Shown in pieces: positions 54,577 to 64,000 of a DNA stretch of 64,000 bases (the stretch's first letter is position 1; the number at the start of each line of letters is the position of its first letter). The position numbers were made by a program, and so were the translations under genes. Below the pieces are notes generated by a model. The model worked only from the letters and a program-made list of their open reading frames with translations, searched no databases and was not told where the DNA came from. This DNA is from Barthelona sp. PCE (Eukaryota), in contig JAUFOR010000004.1 of assembly GCA_040285745.1 (NCBI GenBank), positions 558,001 to 622,000 of the forward strand, given 5' to 3'.

Positions 54577-57315
54577 ATGTTACTAAACGAACTAGAAGGT
54601 AAAGAACGTGAATTACATAGTTTTTTCACACTAACTTACAATGAGCGGGATTTTCTGTTTTTATCAGCTTCAAACCAGTTTCAAGTGTTTATGTACGATG
54701 TATTCCCTGACGGAGAAGAATTGATTCAGGTTATGCAGAAACCTTTTTCTGTTATCAATCATTTTGTTTCCGATAAGGGAGAAGTCCTGTTACTTGCAGC
54801 TGACGGACTCTATCTATGTGGAGACGGATACACATCAATCGACCGTATCATACATTTTCGTGATGATTTCTATGATATTTTTACCTCTTTTTGTCTTTAT
54901 AGTGGTAAATACATTTTTTTTCGGAAAATGATTCTTGGTTGTGATTTCGTGTTCACATATGATGCAGGAACATTTATTCCAATGCGTTTTAAAGATATTC
55001 AGGGTGTGAGTTCAGTGTATGTTGAATCAGTTATTTCCACCAATGAAATGCTGTTGTGTAGTCTCCAACTGAATGGAAACTCAACATACTCGATAATGCA
55101 TGTCTGCGCGAATGAGGTTATGATAGAGAAATCATATGGGAACTGTATTGAAGATCTTTGTGTTGTTTTGGATGGAAGTGATTACTTTTTCAATAATTTT
55201 TCAATTAGAATCAATTCCAATGGTGATATAGAGCAATCCAGATCAAAAATTTTAGATTTTGTATTGAAAATATCTCAAACTTCAGAAGGTGATTTGTATA
55301 TAAAAGACAAGTTCGTTCGACAATCAAAACTAATTGACAAGTTATATAAGTTGAAGAATAGTAATCGAATAATTGCATTTTATTGCGATAAAACAGTTGA
55401 TTTATTGGATAATAATCTTACTGTTATTGAACAGGATTTTATAACGAAAAATTTATTTTTCACACATGTGAATACATTACAACATATATACAAAACCAAC
55501 GAAGAGATAGGAAAGTATGAGCGTGGTAAAGTGTGTTTTGTTGAAACACAGTTGCAAACTGAGGTGAAAAAACTGGTACGATATCCTAACGGAGCTTTCT
55601 CAATTTTTCTTCTCAATGAAAAGTGGCACCACTTCAATGATGATCTCAGTGCTGCTAATAGAGAGGTGGGCGATGATTTTGTACATATGTTCAGCAATCT
55701 CCCTCTCACAACAAGTTCATTTGGAACGTTTGAGGCTGACAGCATAACATTGTTTGCATATACGGAAAACCACGTGGTACTATATGTACCGTCAGATAAC
55801 GATATATTGGTTTTCACGACCAATGGAGTTCTGTTACATTCTTTTAAGGGTCGCAAGTTTGAATCACCGTTCCAACTAATTTTGTCTCAAGATAAAATTG
55901 GTGTAGTGTATCTAAGCGGACTCTTCGAAATGGATGTATATTCGTTGGCAACGTTTAAGATTACGGCAAAAGCCAAAGTGCGGATGTCAGGACAGTACCG
56001 AGCTGTTCGTCTCACTGTTGATGGTTTTGACATAGTCACTTCAGATTCAATTTCTTGCTATACAGAAGCATCAGAAGTGAAAGGTACACTGGCGTTGAAG
56101 TTTGTTGAAGCGGCTGTTGTATCGCAGGGAGTTTTTTACCTCAAAACTGGCGAAGAATTAGCGATGTGCCGTGAGAACTTTGATTATTGGGGAACTGGTA
56201 TCAACGTAAAGGGAGATTTGCACGTGGTTAACGAGAACCGTGTTGTTTTTTCAACGGGAGAAGTGCTTTGCATTACTGACGAATCCGCTCTGCTTCTGAA
56301 AGCTTTGGAAATTGATTTCTCCGTCAAAGTGAGGTGTGTGGGGCCGTCACATGTGTTGAATGGGCGGTCCCTCATGACTCATGGGAGCACTGTTTTAGTT
56401 ACCATTCCTATTGATGAGAATGCTATGCCATTGTGCTATTGCGAGTTCAAATTGGAAGAAACGATGAAATTTCACCCATTTCTCGCATTCAGCGCATGTA
56501 CAGTCCATGTGATGGCTTATTTAATGACAGTTGAAGACGAAGTCGATATTGTTGCGCATAGAACAGTATTATTGGTGTATTTGACAACGGGATCAACAAC
56601 ATTTTTTTTTGATAGTCATACAGTGGAAGGTATCGTGTCGAATATTATTGCTATTGACAAATTTGGATTCTTTTTCTGTGTTGGAAACACAATATCTATC
56701 GCAGTTGTCAACAGTGTATCACAAAAGATGCAAATTGTGGGCAGTTGCAGCGTTCCTAGTGCCCTTCCTATCACCGCATTAGATTTTTGTACTATGTTGA
56801 AGCAAAGTGCAGATTTGAAAGGATGGAGTGTGTTCGAAACAATTTTGTCCGTTGCAAATTCTGTTATGCTCATCAGTTGGGATCCTGTCGTTATTGATAA
56901 AATTCATGTTCATTATGTGCCAACAATAACTGCTGGTTTCAGTATAGATATAAGGATCCATTTCGTGGACGTGAGGGTCTTGAGCAGCTATTGCGTTGCA
57001 GTAACAGAGCACACGGTGTATGTTCTGTCAAAGGAAGGTAGTAAGGTACTTCCAATCGAATATCCTGCTTCGTATCATCAGAATTCTGAGTGTATCGTTA
57101 CTATGACACATGCTGCACGCGATAAAGCACACGCCATGTTGGTTCCACGTGCCGCACAGCTCATAAACGGGCGTAATATCAGCGAATTCATGATTGTTCA
57201 ACAGGCACAGACACCGTTCACGATTGCGGGAATTTTATTCAATAATGATAAGAATTTAGAGATATTTACAGTCAACTGCGGTATTGTGAGATTATCCTTC
57301 AGCGAAAAAAAATAA
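54577..57315 (+). CDS. Hypothetical multi-beta-propeller protein (possibly divergent DDB1/CPSF160/SF3B3 family)
   Basis: ~910-aa beta-rich ORF; the family call is tentative. Confidence 0.55.
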   Translation: MLLNELEGKERELHSFFTLTYNERDFLFLSASNQFQVFMYDVFPDGEELIQVMQKPFSVINHFVSDKGEVLLLAADGLYLCGDGYTSIDRIIHFRDDFYDIFTSFCLYSGKYIFFRKMILGCDFVFTYDAGTFIPMRFKDIQGVSSVYVESVISTNEMLLCSLQLNGNSTYSIMHVCANEVMIEKSYGNCIEDLCVVLDGSDYFFNNFSIRINSNGDIEQSRSKILDFVLKISQTSEGDLYIKDKFVRQSKLIDKLYKLKNSNRIIAFYCDKTVDLLDNNLTVIEQDFITKNLFFTHVNTLQHIYKTNEEIGKYERGKVCFVETQLQTEVKKLVRYPNGAFSIFLLNEKWHHFNDDLSAANREVGDDFVHMFSNLPLTTSSFGTFEADSITLFAYTENHVVLYVPSDNDILVFTTNGVLLHSFKGRKFESPFQLILSQDKIGVVYLSGLFEMDVYSLATFKITAKAKVRMSGQYRAVRLTVDGFDIVTSDSISCYTEASEVKGTLALKFVEAAVVSQGVFYLKTGEELAMCRENFDYWGTGINVKGDLHVVNENRVVFSTGEVLCITDESALLLKALEIDFSVKVRCVGPSHVLNGRSLMTHGSTVLVTIPIDENAMPLCYCEFKLEETMKFHPFLAFSACTVHVMAYLMTVEDEVDIVAHRTVLLVYLTTGSTTFFFDSHTVEGIVSNIIAIDKFGFFFCVGNTISIAVVNSVSQKMQIVGSCSVPSALPITALDFCTMLKQSADLKGWSVFETILSVANSVMLISWDPVVIDKIHVHYVPTITAGFSIDIRIHFVDVRVLSSYCVAVTEHTVYVLSKEGSKVLPIEYPASYHQNSECIVTMTHAARDKAHAMLVPRAAQLINGRNISEFMIVQQAQTPFTIAGILFNNDKNLEIFTVNCGIVRLSFSEKK

Positions 57316-59208
57316 AGGCGATGGTGGAGCGTCACGCTCTATTGTTATAGGTTTGCTACTAATGATTTCAGGAGTATCAATATCAACAGTTTGCACGATC
57401 TGAAAGTTCGACATATCAAGGGATTCGGGGATGAATTCTTCCTTGTTTCTTATAGTGTTATTACTTTGGTCCAATATATCCATTTGCAAGAAGTCGTTAG
57501 TGAGAACATTATCTCTACTAATCTGACTTGTCTCACTGATGGAGAAGAGATCGACATCAGTTTCAAAATCAACACTGTTGTTTTCAACGAGATCTACCAG
57601 AAAGTTAATACAAATATCGTTGCTAAGACACGAGAAATGTCCAATGCCACTGAAGGTTTTCTCTTTGTAGCTGTCATTGACCACCATGGAGCTCGATGCG
57701 CATGCAGAGGGGACCGTGGAATCACCATCTCTGTTTATACCCTTTGGTTTTAAAGAAAACAAAGAAAATAAGGATGTTATACCTTGATCGTACACAGTAT
57801 GAAAGTGGGTGGGCACATCTGTCATGTATACGTTGGTTATTTGAATGTGGTTTGGCACTTGAACAGGTTCTTGTAAACGCTCCCTCTCAACATACTCGTA
57901 CTGAACTGGGTTTCTCCGATGTAGTATATCATCGAACGTTCCAGGGCGCGTGACGCAAGCATAAAGTGTGCTGAGGGCCACACTCACGCTTCTGAGACAC
58001 TCAGCATCTGGTGAGAATGGTAGAGGACCTTCGGCTTCCCCGAAACCTTCAGTACATCTCATGCTAACACAGTAGTCAGGGTGCACGAATCCAAGGGGCC
58101 CAAACTCGTCCCAGATACCAAGACTATCAACATAATCGAATGTGAAACCAGGGATATCAGCACGGCTGAAGCCCAGAAATTTCCCTTCATGTCTGTTGAG
58201 GAATGATGCCAAGCTAATGAGCTCATGGTCTCTGAAGACCTTGAACTGATGCGACTGCAAAAGACACTGTTTGCAAAAGAGAGCTTTGCAGGTTCGACAG
58301 GAAACAAAAGCAGGCGCATCGCATTCATTACACTTAAGCTCTGATATCTGATCTCTGACCTCAGAAGAGCGAATCATGTCTTCTGAAATAACATATTTTT
58401 TGACTTTTTCATTAATCTCCTCTATATATGCAATATGCGCATCGTTATCATCTACGAAATCATTCTTCATATCATATAACTCAGTACCGCTCTGACTAAA
58501 ACACACCCAACCGTCGTGAAACTTGACAAATATCCTACTAGGGATATCCAGAATATTATCTTGTGGTTGAAGATAAAGTGTATTGGGAATGACAGATTGT
58601 AGTTGTCTCATGATATTTGGGTTAACAGGGAGACCAAGGGCATAGCCACTGATGGGCGAGAAAGATACTTTGGGGGCACCACCAAACGCTGGAGCAACAA
58701 AAATGATGCTCGAAATACGACTACATAATTCTGGGAATTGTGATAAGGTATACGCTAGAGTAGGAGCACCCATCGAATGAGCTATAAGCACGAAATCGTC
58801 GGTCACTTCATCAAAATATTCAGATAATTTTTCATGAAAATGAACGGGTAAAACTTTTTTCATGTCAGCTCTCCAATCATAAGGAAGACCAAAAACACGG
58901 TTAATTTTCTTTGATTTATCAAATTTCTCAGCAAGGAAGCCATACTGATTTGATAGATTACGGAAGATCTTCGGTAAACTGGGCAACAGATAGTTAATAG
59001 CATCAAGACCACTGTTTTCCTCAGAGAAATACACTGGATGTGAGCCATTGAATGCAAGTATGTCGCTTGTCTCATCGTCCCAAGTTGCCCAAAGGTATTT
59101 TTCAAAGTGTAGACCTCTTACAAAAGGCCAAATTGTTCTCTCATTGTTATCAACCTTTGTCTTTAAAATGGTACCACCAAGCCCCGGAATTAAGACTACA
59201 GAAGTCAT
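57292..59208 (-). CDS. LCAT/PLA2-type alpha/beta-hydrolase with inserted B-box zinc finger
   Basis: VLIPGLGG, PYDWR, IAHSMG, APAFGG, DGDSTVP, GH; CNEC..C..C....C..C...H.......H insert. Confidence 0.88.
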   Translation of the reverse strand: MTSVVLIPGLGGTILKTKVDNNERTIWPFVRGLHFEKYLWATWDDETSDILAFNGSHPVYFSEENSGLDAINYLLPSLPKIFRNLSNQYGFLAEKFDKSKKINRVFGLPYDWRADMKKVLPVHFHEKLSEYFDEVTDDFVLIAHSMGAPTLAYTLSQFPELCSRISSIIFVAPAFGGAPKVSFSPISGYALGLPVNPNIMRQLQSVIPNTLYLQPQDNILDIPSRIFVKFHDGWVCFSQSGTELYDMKNDFVDDNDAHIAYIEEINEKVKKYVISEDMIRSSEVRDQISELKCNECDAPAFVSCRTCKALFCKQCLLQSHQFKVFRDHELISLASFLNRHEGKFLGFSRADIPGFTFDYVDSLGIWDEFGPLGFVHPDYCVSMRCTEGFGEAEGPLPFSPDAECLRSVSVALSTLYACVTRPGTFDDILHRRNPVQYEYVERERLQEPVQVPNHIQITNVYMTDVPTHFHTVYDQGITSLFSLFSLKPKGINRDGDSTVPSACASSSMVVNDSYKEKTFSGIGHFSCLSNDICINFLVDLVENNSVDFETDVDLFSISETSQISRDNVLTNDFLQMDILDQSNNTIRNKEEFIPESLDMSNFQIVQTVDIDTPEIISSKPITIERDAPPSPLFFFAEG

Positions 59209-59296
59209 CTTGAACAAGCTATGCCAAAAAAAAGATCTGAAAAAGGAAGAAATTTGTTTATACTTTTAATTCCTATCTCAACAGCTTTTAACTGTT

Positions 59297-60322
59297 ATGA
59301 ATTTTCATGTTAAAGACAGTGGGGACGTCGAGAAGAATCACAAAGAACATCTTAACGATGTAGTTAACATTGATAATGTGATGGATGTTGATTTTAGCGA
59401 TATTGTGGGTCTTGATTCTATTAAAGATCTATTGCGGGAGTGCGTAGTTTTGCCCATTAAATATCCAGAGTTATTTGCAGGTAGGAACCTGTTTAAAACT
59501 TTTCTTTTGTTTGGTGCACCCGGAACCGGTAAAACAATGATAACAAAGGCTTTGGTTGGGGAAGTTAATAAGATCATGGAGCCTGGAATATCGTTAATGT
59601 CTTTTTCTATCATTAATCTTATGCGAGAGTGGCATTACAGTGCGTCAGAATTTTTTGTTACGCTTCTAGATGTTGCTATAGAGATGGCACCAGTTGTCAT
59701 CCACATTGATGATATTGATGATCTTTGTAGAAGACCGTCACTCTTGATAAGACAGTTCAAGACGGAATTCCTTATCTTCATACATAACCTTCCCGCTGCT
59801 GGTATTTATATATTCGGGGAGACTTCAGTTCCATGGCAAATTGACGCTTCGGTACGTAAGCGTTTTGTCAGGAGGCTGATGTTTCCTTTACCAAATGTTA
59901 AAGAGCGAATTACTCTGTTTAATATGAACATGAAAAATGTGACAAACAACCTCACAGAGGATGAGTTTCAACAAATAGCAACCGAGACAAACGGTTTAAC
60001 CCCAGCAGATATTTTTATGCTGTGTCGAGATGCTTCTATGGAACAAGTGCGTATTTGTTTTAGTTCAACTCATTGGAAGCAGGTGACTGGAAAGACGCCA
60101 AAAGGGGAGGAAAGGGACGACATGTTGACACCTTGTTCACCCCAAGATCCACAAGTTATAGAAATGATACTAACCGATATAGAGGACGGAGATCGTCTTC
60201 TTCCACCCCTTATTGGTATTCAAGACTTCAGTAAGCTTCTCTCTACATTTCCGAGTTTTATCTCTGAGAGAGAACTGAACGATATTGAGCAGTTTAATAA
60301 GGATTTCGGTCCAGAAGCTTAA
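59297..60322 (+). CDS. VPS4-like AAA ATPase lacking the MIT domain
   Basis: DIVGL, VVLPIKYPELF, GAPGTGKT, KTEFL, PWQID, RKRF, Vps4_C LTPCSP.DP and final F..DFG. Confidence 0.88.
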   Translation: MNFHVKDSGDVEKNHKEHLNDVVNIDNVMDVDFSDIVGLDSIKDLLRECVVLPIKYPELFAGRNLFKTFLLFGAPGTGKTMITKALVGEVNKIMEPGISLMSFSIINLMREWHYSASEFFVTLLDVAIEMAPVVIHIDDIDDLCRRPSLLIRQFKTEFLIFIHNLPAAGIYIFGETSVPWQIDASVRKRFVRRLMFPLPNVKERITLFNMNMKNVTNNLTEDEFQQIATETNGLTPADIFMLCRDASMEQVRICFSSTHWKQVTGKTPKGEERDDMLTPCSPQDPQVIEMILTDIEDGDRLLPPLIGIQDFSKLLSTFPSFISERELNDIEQFNKDFGPEA

Positions 60323-60450
60323 TTTCAATACTTTGTTAATAGTTTATTCTTGTAAATATATAATTATGTGGTGGGTGTGATGAGTTTGAGAGTTGTATAG
60401 GTTCAAGTAATGTGTGAATAAATTGTTTTGTTTTTTTAACCTCTTTCCAT

Positions 60451-61374
60451 ATGAACGAATCAACAAGAGAAGTACATGTTGTTCATACCGGATGCGTTCA
60501 CGGGTTCTTTACGGATCTTATTGAAGATTTGAATACTATAAATGAACAGAAACCCATTGATTTGGTGCTTATTACTGGTGATGTGGGTTGTTTTCGCGAT
60601 GAGGAGGATCTTAAGGGGTTATCGGCCCCAGAAAAGTATCATTCAGTGGGTACATTCAAGGATGAAATGGATAATCTCCCTTATCCAATCATTTTTATCT
60701 CTGGTAATCATGAGCCAATGAACTATTTATTAGAGCACAAGTATGGCGGTGAACTGTATCCGAATTTCTTTTATATGGGACGTTGTGGAGCCATGACGTT
60801 TAAGGGAGTACACATTGTAGGTATGTCCGGTATTCATTATGCCGACCACTTTAGCTGGCCATTGCTGGAAGAGCCTCCACTGAACAGAGATGAGGAAGAG
60901 TTGTATTCGAGTTATCACACGAGAAAATGGCAATTTGAAGCGCTAAAAGAGTATTGTTCTCGAAACAAACGGAAAATAGACGTTTTTATGACACATGACT
61001 GGCCAGACTTCATTGAAAACAAAGAGAAGGCATCACACACCAGTCGTTTAAAAAGAAAACTCGATCTTCACAACGCAGCAGCAACAGAATTATTTGAGAA
61101 TCACATCCGCTCAGATTACTACTTTGCAGCACATATGCACATTGCTCACTTCTGTTTTCATAAAGAAACTAACGCGAAATTCGCTGCAACAACAAAATAC
61201 AGAGAAAACTTTAAAGGGAAGCGAATTGGTCGGACGATTAAATCACAAACGTTAATTGTTGAAGAACAGCTATTCAATACCACACAGGAGTTTGAGTTTG
61301 ATCCTTTATGGTTGGAGGTGTTGGATGAATGGAGAGCATATGAGAAAATTGAAGTTAGTGATTATCCTAATTGA
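60451..61374 (+). CDS. DBR1: Lariat debranching enzyme
   Basis: GCVHG, GD, P.KY, GNHE, GMSGI, YHTR, THDWP, FAAHMH, DPLWL. Confidence 0.93.
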   Translation: MNESTREVHVVHTGCVHGFFTDLIEDLNTINEQKPIDLVLITGDVGCFRDEEDLKGLSAPEKYHSVGTFKDEMDNLPYPIIFISGNHEPMNYLLEHKYGGELYPNFFYMGRCGAMTFKGVHIVGMSGIHYADHFSWPLLEEPPLNRDEEELYSSYHTRKWQFEALKEYCSRNKRKIDVFMTHDWPDFIENKEKASHTSRLKRKLDLHNAAATELFENHIRSDYYFAAHMHIAHFCFHKETNAKFAATTKYRENFKGKRIGRTIKSQTLIVEEQLFNTTQEFEFDPLWLEVLDEWRAYEKIEVSDYPN

Positions 61375-61376
61375 TA

Positions 61377-61895
61377 CTAGCGTTGGTTTCTATGAGTAGA
61401 TGGATGTGAGAAATGCGGCTTGAAGAATTGCTGTTGTGGTCTGTATTGATTTCTATCTATATAATTTGTATTTCTACCTCTGTTTAGTGGTACTTTAGGC
61501 TCTTGTTGTTTCACCAAATAGTCACGCAGGGGGTCGTTGCGACGATGTAAATCTAGTTCTCTTTGTGTGAGTCCATTTGCAGTGGGTTCTTCTTCCCTAA
61601 CAATTTCTTCGAGTTTGTTGTTTAAAACATCCTCCACGGTCGTAGACGCATCGTTCTCAGTGTTTTGGGGTTTCTTTTCAAGCTGAGAATCATACAAAAA
61701 GTCAAGACCAGAAATCTTCACTTTCTCGGAATGGCTCAGGTCGCTTGCTTTTAAAGTGAGCAGGGCTTGGCGTTTCACGCGTTCTTTACGAATCTCTTCT
61801 GCCTTTTTAAGCTCATCCTGGTGCTTTTTTTCAGCTTCCCATTTTCGACGGCGATTTTTCATACTTCGTGGATTCCATGATTTGTGCAAATTCAT
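61377..61895 (-). CDS. CWC25: Pre-mRNA splicing factor CWC25
   Basis: LHKSWNP..MKN....WEAE, LDFLY, DPL. Confidence 0.85.
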   Translation of the reverse strand: MNLHKSWNPRSMKNRRRKWEAEKKHQDELKKAEEIRKERVKRQALLTLKASDLSHSEKVKISGLDFLYDSQLEKKPQNTENDASTTVEDVLNNKLEEIVREEEPTANGLTQRELDLHRRNDPLRDYLVKQQEPKVPLNRGRNTNYIDRNQYRPQQQFFKPHFSHPSTHRNQR

Positions 61896-62136
61896 TTAAA
61901 TGGGCCCTGGACTACAAAAAATGTGGAAAAGAGTGATAGTGGATGTAAAAAGAATAGGATCATTCTGATGTGTATGTAGTATTTAGGAGGTTTGATGGGG
62001 TTTTCAACAGGAATTAAGGACTTGTGGAATTTGAAATATGAACAAATATGGTTTACTCTCATCCGTGCTATTTTTATTTTCGCTTCATTCAGGTTTTTTT
62101 TACGAAAAAAGCGTTGTATCGGGCACAAAATACTGC

Positions 62137-63597
62137 ATGGGACAAAAGCAGAGCACGATTACAGCACGAAGGCGAGAAGAAGTCATTTCTGAACAAGATT
62201 CTATGGTTTTTAATGACAACCAAAGCTTTTACACAATAGATTCGCAGAGAACACCAAAGTCTGAGACAATGTCTGTGTTCTCATTCGATTCAAACACATT
62301 CAAACTGGGAAACAACCTTGATGATTTTGAAACCTTTGATTTTCCTCAGAAAAAGAAAGTCGTATCAACTCTTAGCCGCGACGACTCAACAGGTGGCCTT
62401 GAAGTATTTGATGTGGATGAAGAATTTGTTGAAGAACCTGCTCCAGATTTCGGTGTACTACCAACAAGTTTATTCCCCAAACAAAATTACGCACTATCGT
62501 ATGCCGCAGGCGTTTCCGCGATACCCATCATTGATGGAGATAAGTTAATTGTCGGTACAGATAACGGCTCAGTCGAAGCTTTCGATTTGAACAGTGGCGC
62601 AACAATATGGGCACAAACAATAAGGAGAGGATACCCAGTCCGATCAATGAAGTGCTCTTCGGGCGCCGGTGTCGTCATTGCGGTATGTCTAGATGCAATG
62701 TACGTTCTTAATATATGTGATGGCGTCAAGATATTTTCTTCGCCTGTCTTAGTAGAAGCCATGATATCGCACCATCTGATGCCAGTAGGCCTGTCAGACA
62801 GCGTCTTAGTGCAAGGAACAGCAGAGAAATCATGTTGTATCCGTGCACTGGATGATTTCCACGTTGTCAACAACACACAATTGATTAGTGCAATGTGCTG
62901 TGAACCGGTATTGGAGACACAGAGTATGTGTTTCACAGTCGGTGATGCACATGATAGTGGTAATCTGTATTTTGCCACAATGGAAAAGACAGTCGGTGCC
63001 ATAATTGTTAATTCAGGTCGTATCAGGTTTGAGATACGGTTAAACTCAAAGGTAACAACACCTATTACAGTACACAGTCAGTTTTTCCTGTTTGGAACAG
63101 AAGAAGGCGTTATTCATTGCATTGATCGCTTTGGAGGAGAAAGTTTGTTCCAATTTTCACCATTCTCAGAATCTATGCAAGATAGGAAGGCTATTATTGG
63201 CGAGATCAGAGTTGTTGATATTGATAATAGCTACACAGGAATAGTTTTCTGCGATGAAAGCTCTAATGTGTTTTGTGTAGTTAAGCAAGATTTGACAGAG
63301 AGTTGGAAACTAACTTCCCAGGTGTTGAATCTTGTTCCAAGAAGGAAGAGTGTTGTGTGGACTGAGTATACAAGGATGATTCATTTCATTCAAACAGATG
63401 TAGTAAGGAATGAAGCTGGGAAGCATATTTTGTTTATCAGCATTCCAAACGTTTCAAAGAGTGTGGTGGGTATTAATGTAGCAAATGGACGAATTGCATA
63501 TGATATAGCAGTCGATCAGGCAGTAGCTGGTTTTGTTGTGGATGAAGAGAGCCTTATTATCACATTAATAGATGGTAAGATTATCAAATATGGATAG
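62137..63597 (+). CDS. PQQ-like beta-propeller protein, possibly N-myristoylated
   Basis: VGTDNGSVEAFDLNSGATIW, GTEEGVIHCID, INVANGRI; probable start MGQKQS. Confidence 0.75.
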   Translation: MGQKQSTITARRREEVISEQDSMVFNDNQSFYTIDSQRTPKSETMSVFSFDSNTFKLGNNLDDFETFDFPQKKKVVSTLSRDDSTGGLEVFDVDEEFVEEPAPDFGVLPTSLFPKQNYALSYAAGVSAIPIIDGDKLIVGTDNGSVEAFDLNSGATIWAQTIRRGYPVRSMKCSSGAGVVIAVCLDAMYVLNICDGVKIFSSPVLVEAMISHHLMPVGLSDSVLVQGTAEKSCCIRALDDFHVVNNTQLISAMCCEPVLETQSMCFTVGDAHDSGNLYFATMEKTVGAIIVNSGRIRFEIRLNSKVTTPITVHSQFFLFGTEEGVIHCIDRFGGESLFQFSPFSESMQDRKAIIGEIRVVDIDNSYTGIVFCDESSNVFCVVKQDLTESWKLTSQVLNLVPRRKSVVWTEYTRMIHFIQTDVVRNEAGKHILFISIPNVSKSVVGINVANGRIAYDIAVDQAVAGFVVDEESLIITLIDGKIIKYG

Positions 63598-63656
63598 AAT
63601 AAACGAATATTGTTTTCACATTTTGACGCTCTTTGTATATTTATAGATACATTCTA

Positions 63657-64000
63657 ATGGTGATCAAGGGGCAGAAAATCATCTGTGGACTGAGTTTCGA
63701 TACGGATTCAGACTCAGATGACGATTTCATTCCAGTAGTGAAGAAGGTTGAAACGAAACAAACGAAACCAGTTATTGTACGATCACCACCGGCTAGGATG
63801 GTGCCCATTCCAAGTGAACCTGTTACTGTTTCTTTAAAAAAGAAACCACAAGCACTTAAACGAAAAGCAAGTGCTGTTTCTCATCAAAAAAAGTCGGATC
63901 CAGTTGTGGTATCAATTCCAAAGCCGGCAATTAGTGAGCCCAAACAGGAAGAGATTACATGTTCAGGGATTTTTTCAAGTGATGGAACTAAGCGTCAAAA
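63657..64000 (+). CDS. 5' fragment of a hypothetical protein running off the window
   Basis: ATG at 63657 open to the window end (MVIKGQKIICGLSFDTDSDSDDDF...). Confidence 0.6.
   Translation, partial: MVIKGQKIICGLSFDTDSDSDDDFIPVVKKVETKQTKPVIVRSPPARMVPIPSEPVTVSLKKKPQALKRKASAVSHQKKSDPVVVSIPKPAISEPKQEEITCSGIFSSDGTKRQ

Noticed and set aside
690-63002. Numerous 60-190 aa ORFs antisense or out of frame within long genes
   Set aside because: Shadow ORFs with no recognisable motifs.
1-64000. tRNA or rRNA genes
   Set aside because: No cloverleaf or rRNA-like segment was seen by eye; tRNAscan-SE and Infernal would be needed to exclude divergent ones.

Overview
Extremely compact eukaryotic genomic DNA from a flagellated protist (IFT27-, DRC10/IQCD- and PIBF1-like genes). 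It uses the standard genetic code and I found no convincing intron in about 30 host genes; the organism cannot be named from sequence alone. Bases 1-4643 are the 3' part of a tyrosine-recombinase (DIRS/PAT/Ngaro-type) retrotransposon with unusual architecture. Its gag-like ORF1 is in frame with pol and separated by a single TGA followed by a stem-loop, a candidate stop-codon readthrough signal. RT, RNase H, a degenerate methyltransferase-like region and the tyrosine recombinase appear fused in one polyprotein, broken once at an A4 homopolymer. The 3' end has a perfect 98-bp direct repeat flanking a spacer that is itself an imperfect inverted copy of the repeat. Next come lineage-specific genes with duplicated non-coding modules (4.6-12 kb), then dense housekeeping genes: SEN1-like helicase, AAMP/Sqt1, eIF3d, ELP3, LMBR1-like, PIBF1, IQCD, TMCO1, IFT27, PSMB2, FCF1, CSL4, squalene synthase, LCAT-like lipase with a B-box, MIT-less VPS4-like ATPase, DBR1 and CWC25. 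A ~14-kb surface-receptor gene is split into four frames. All gene identities come from motifs recognised by eye; no database search was run.
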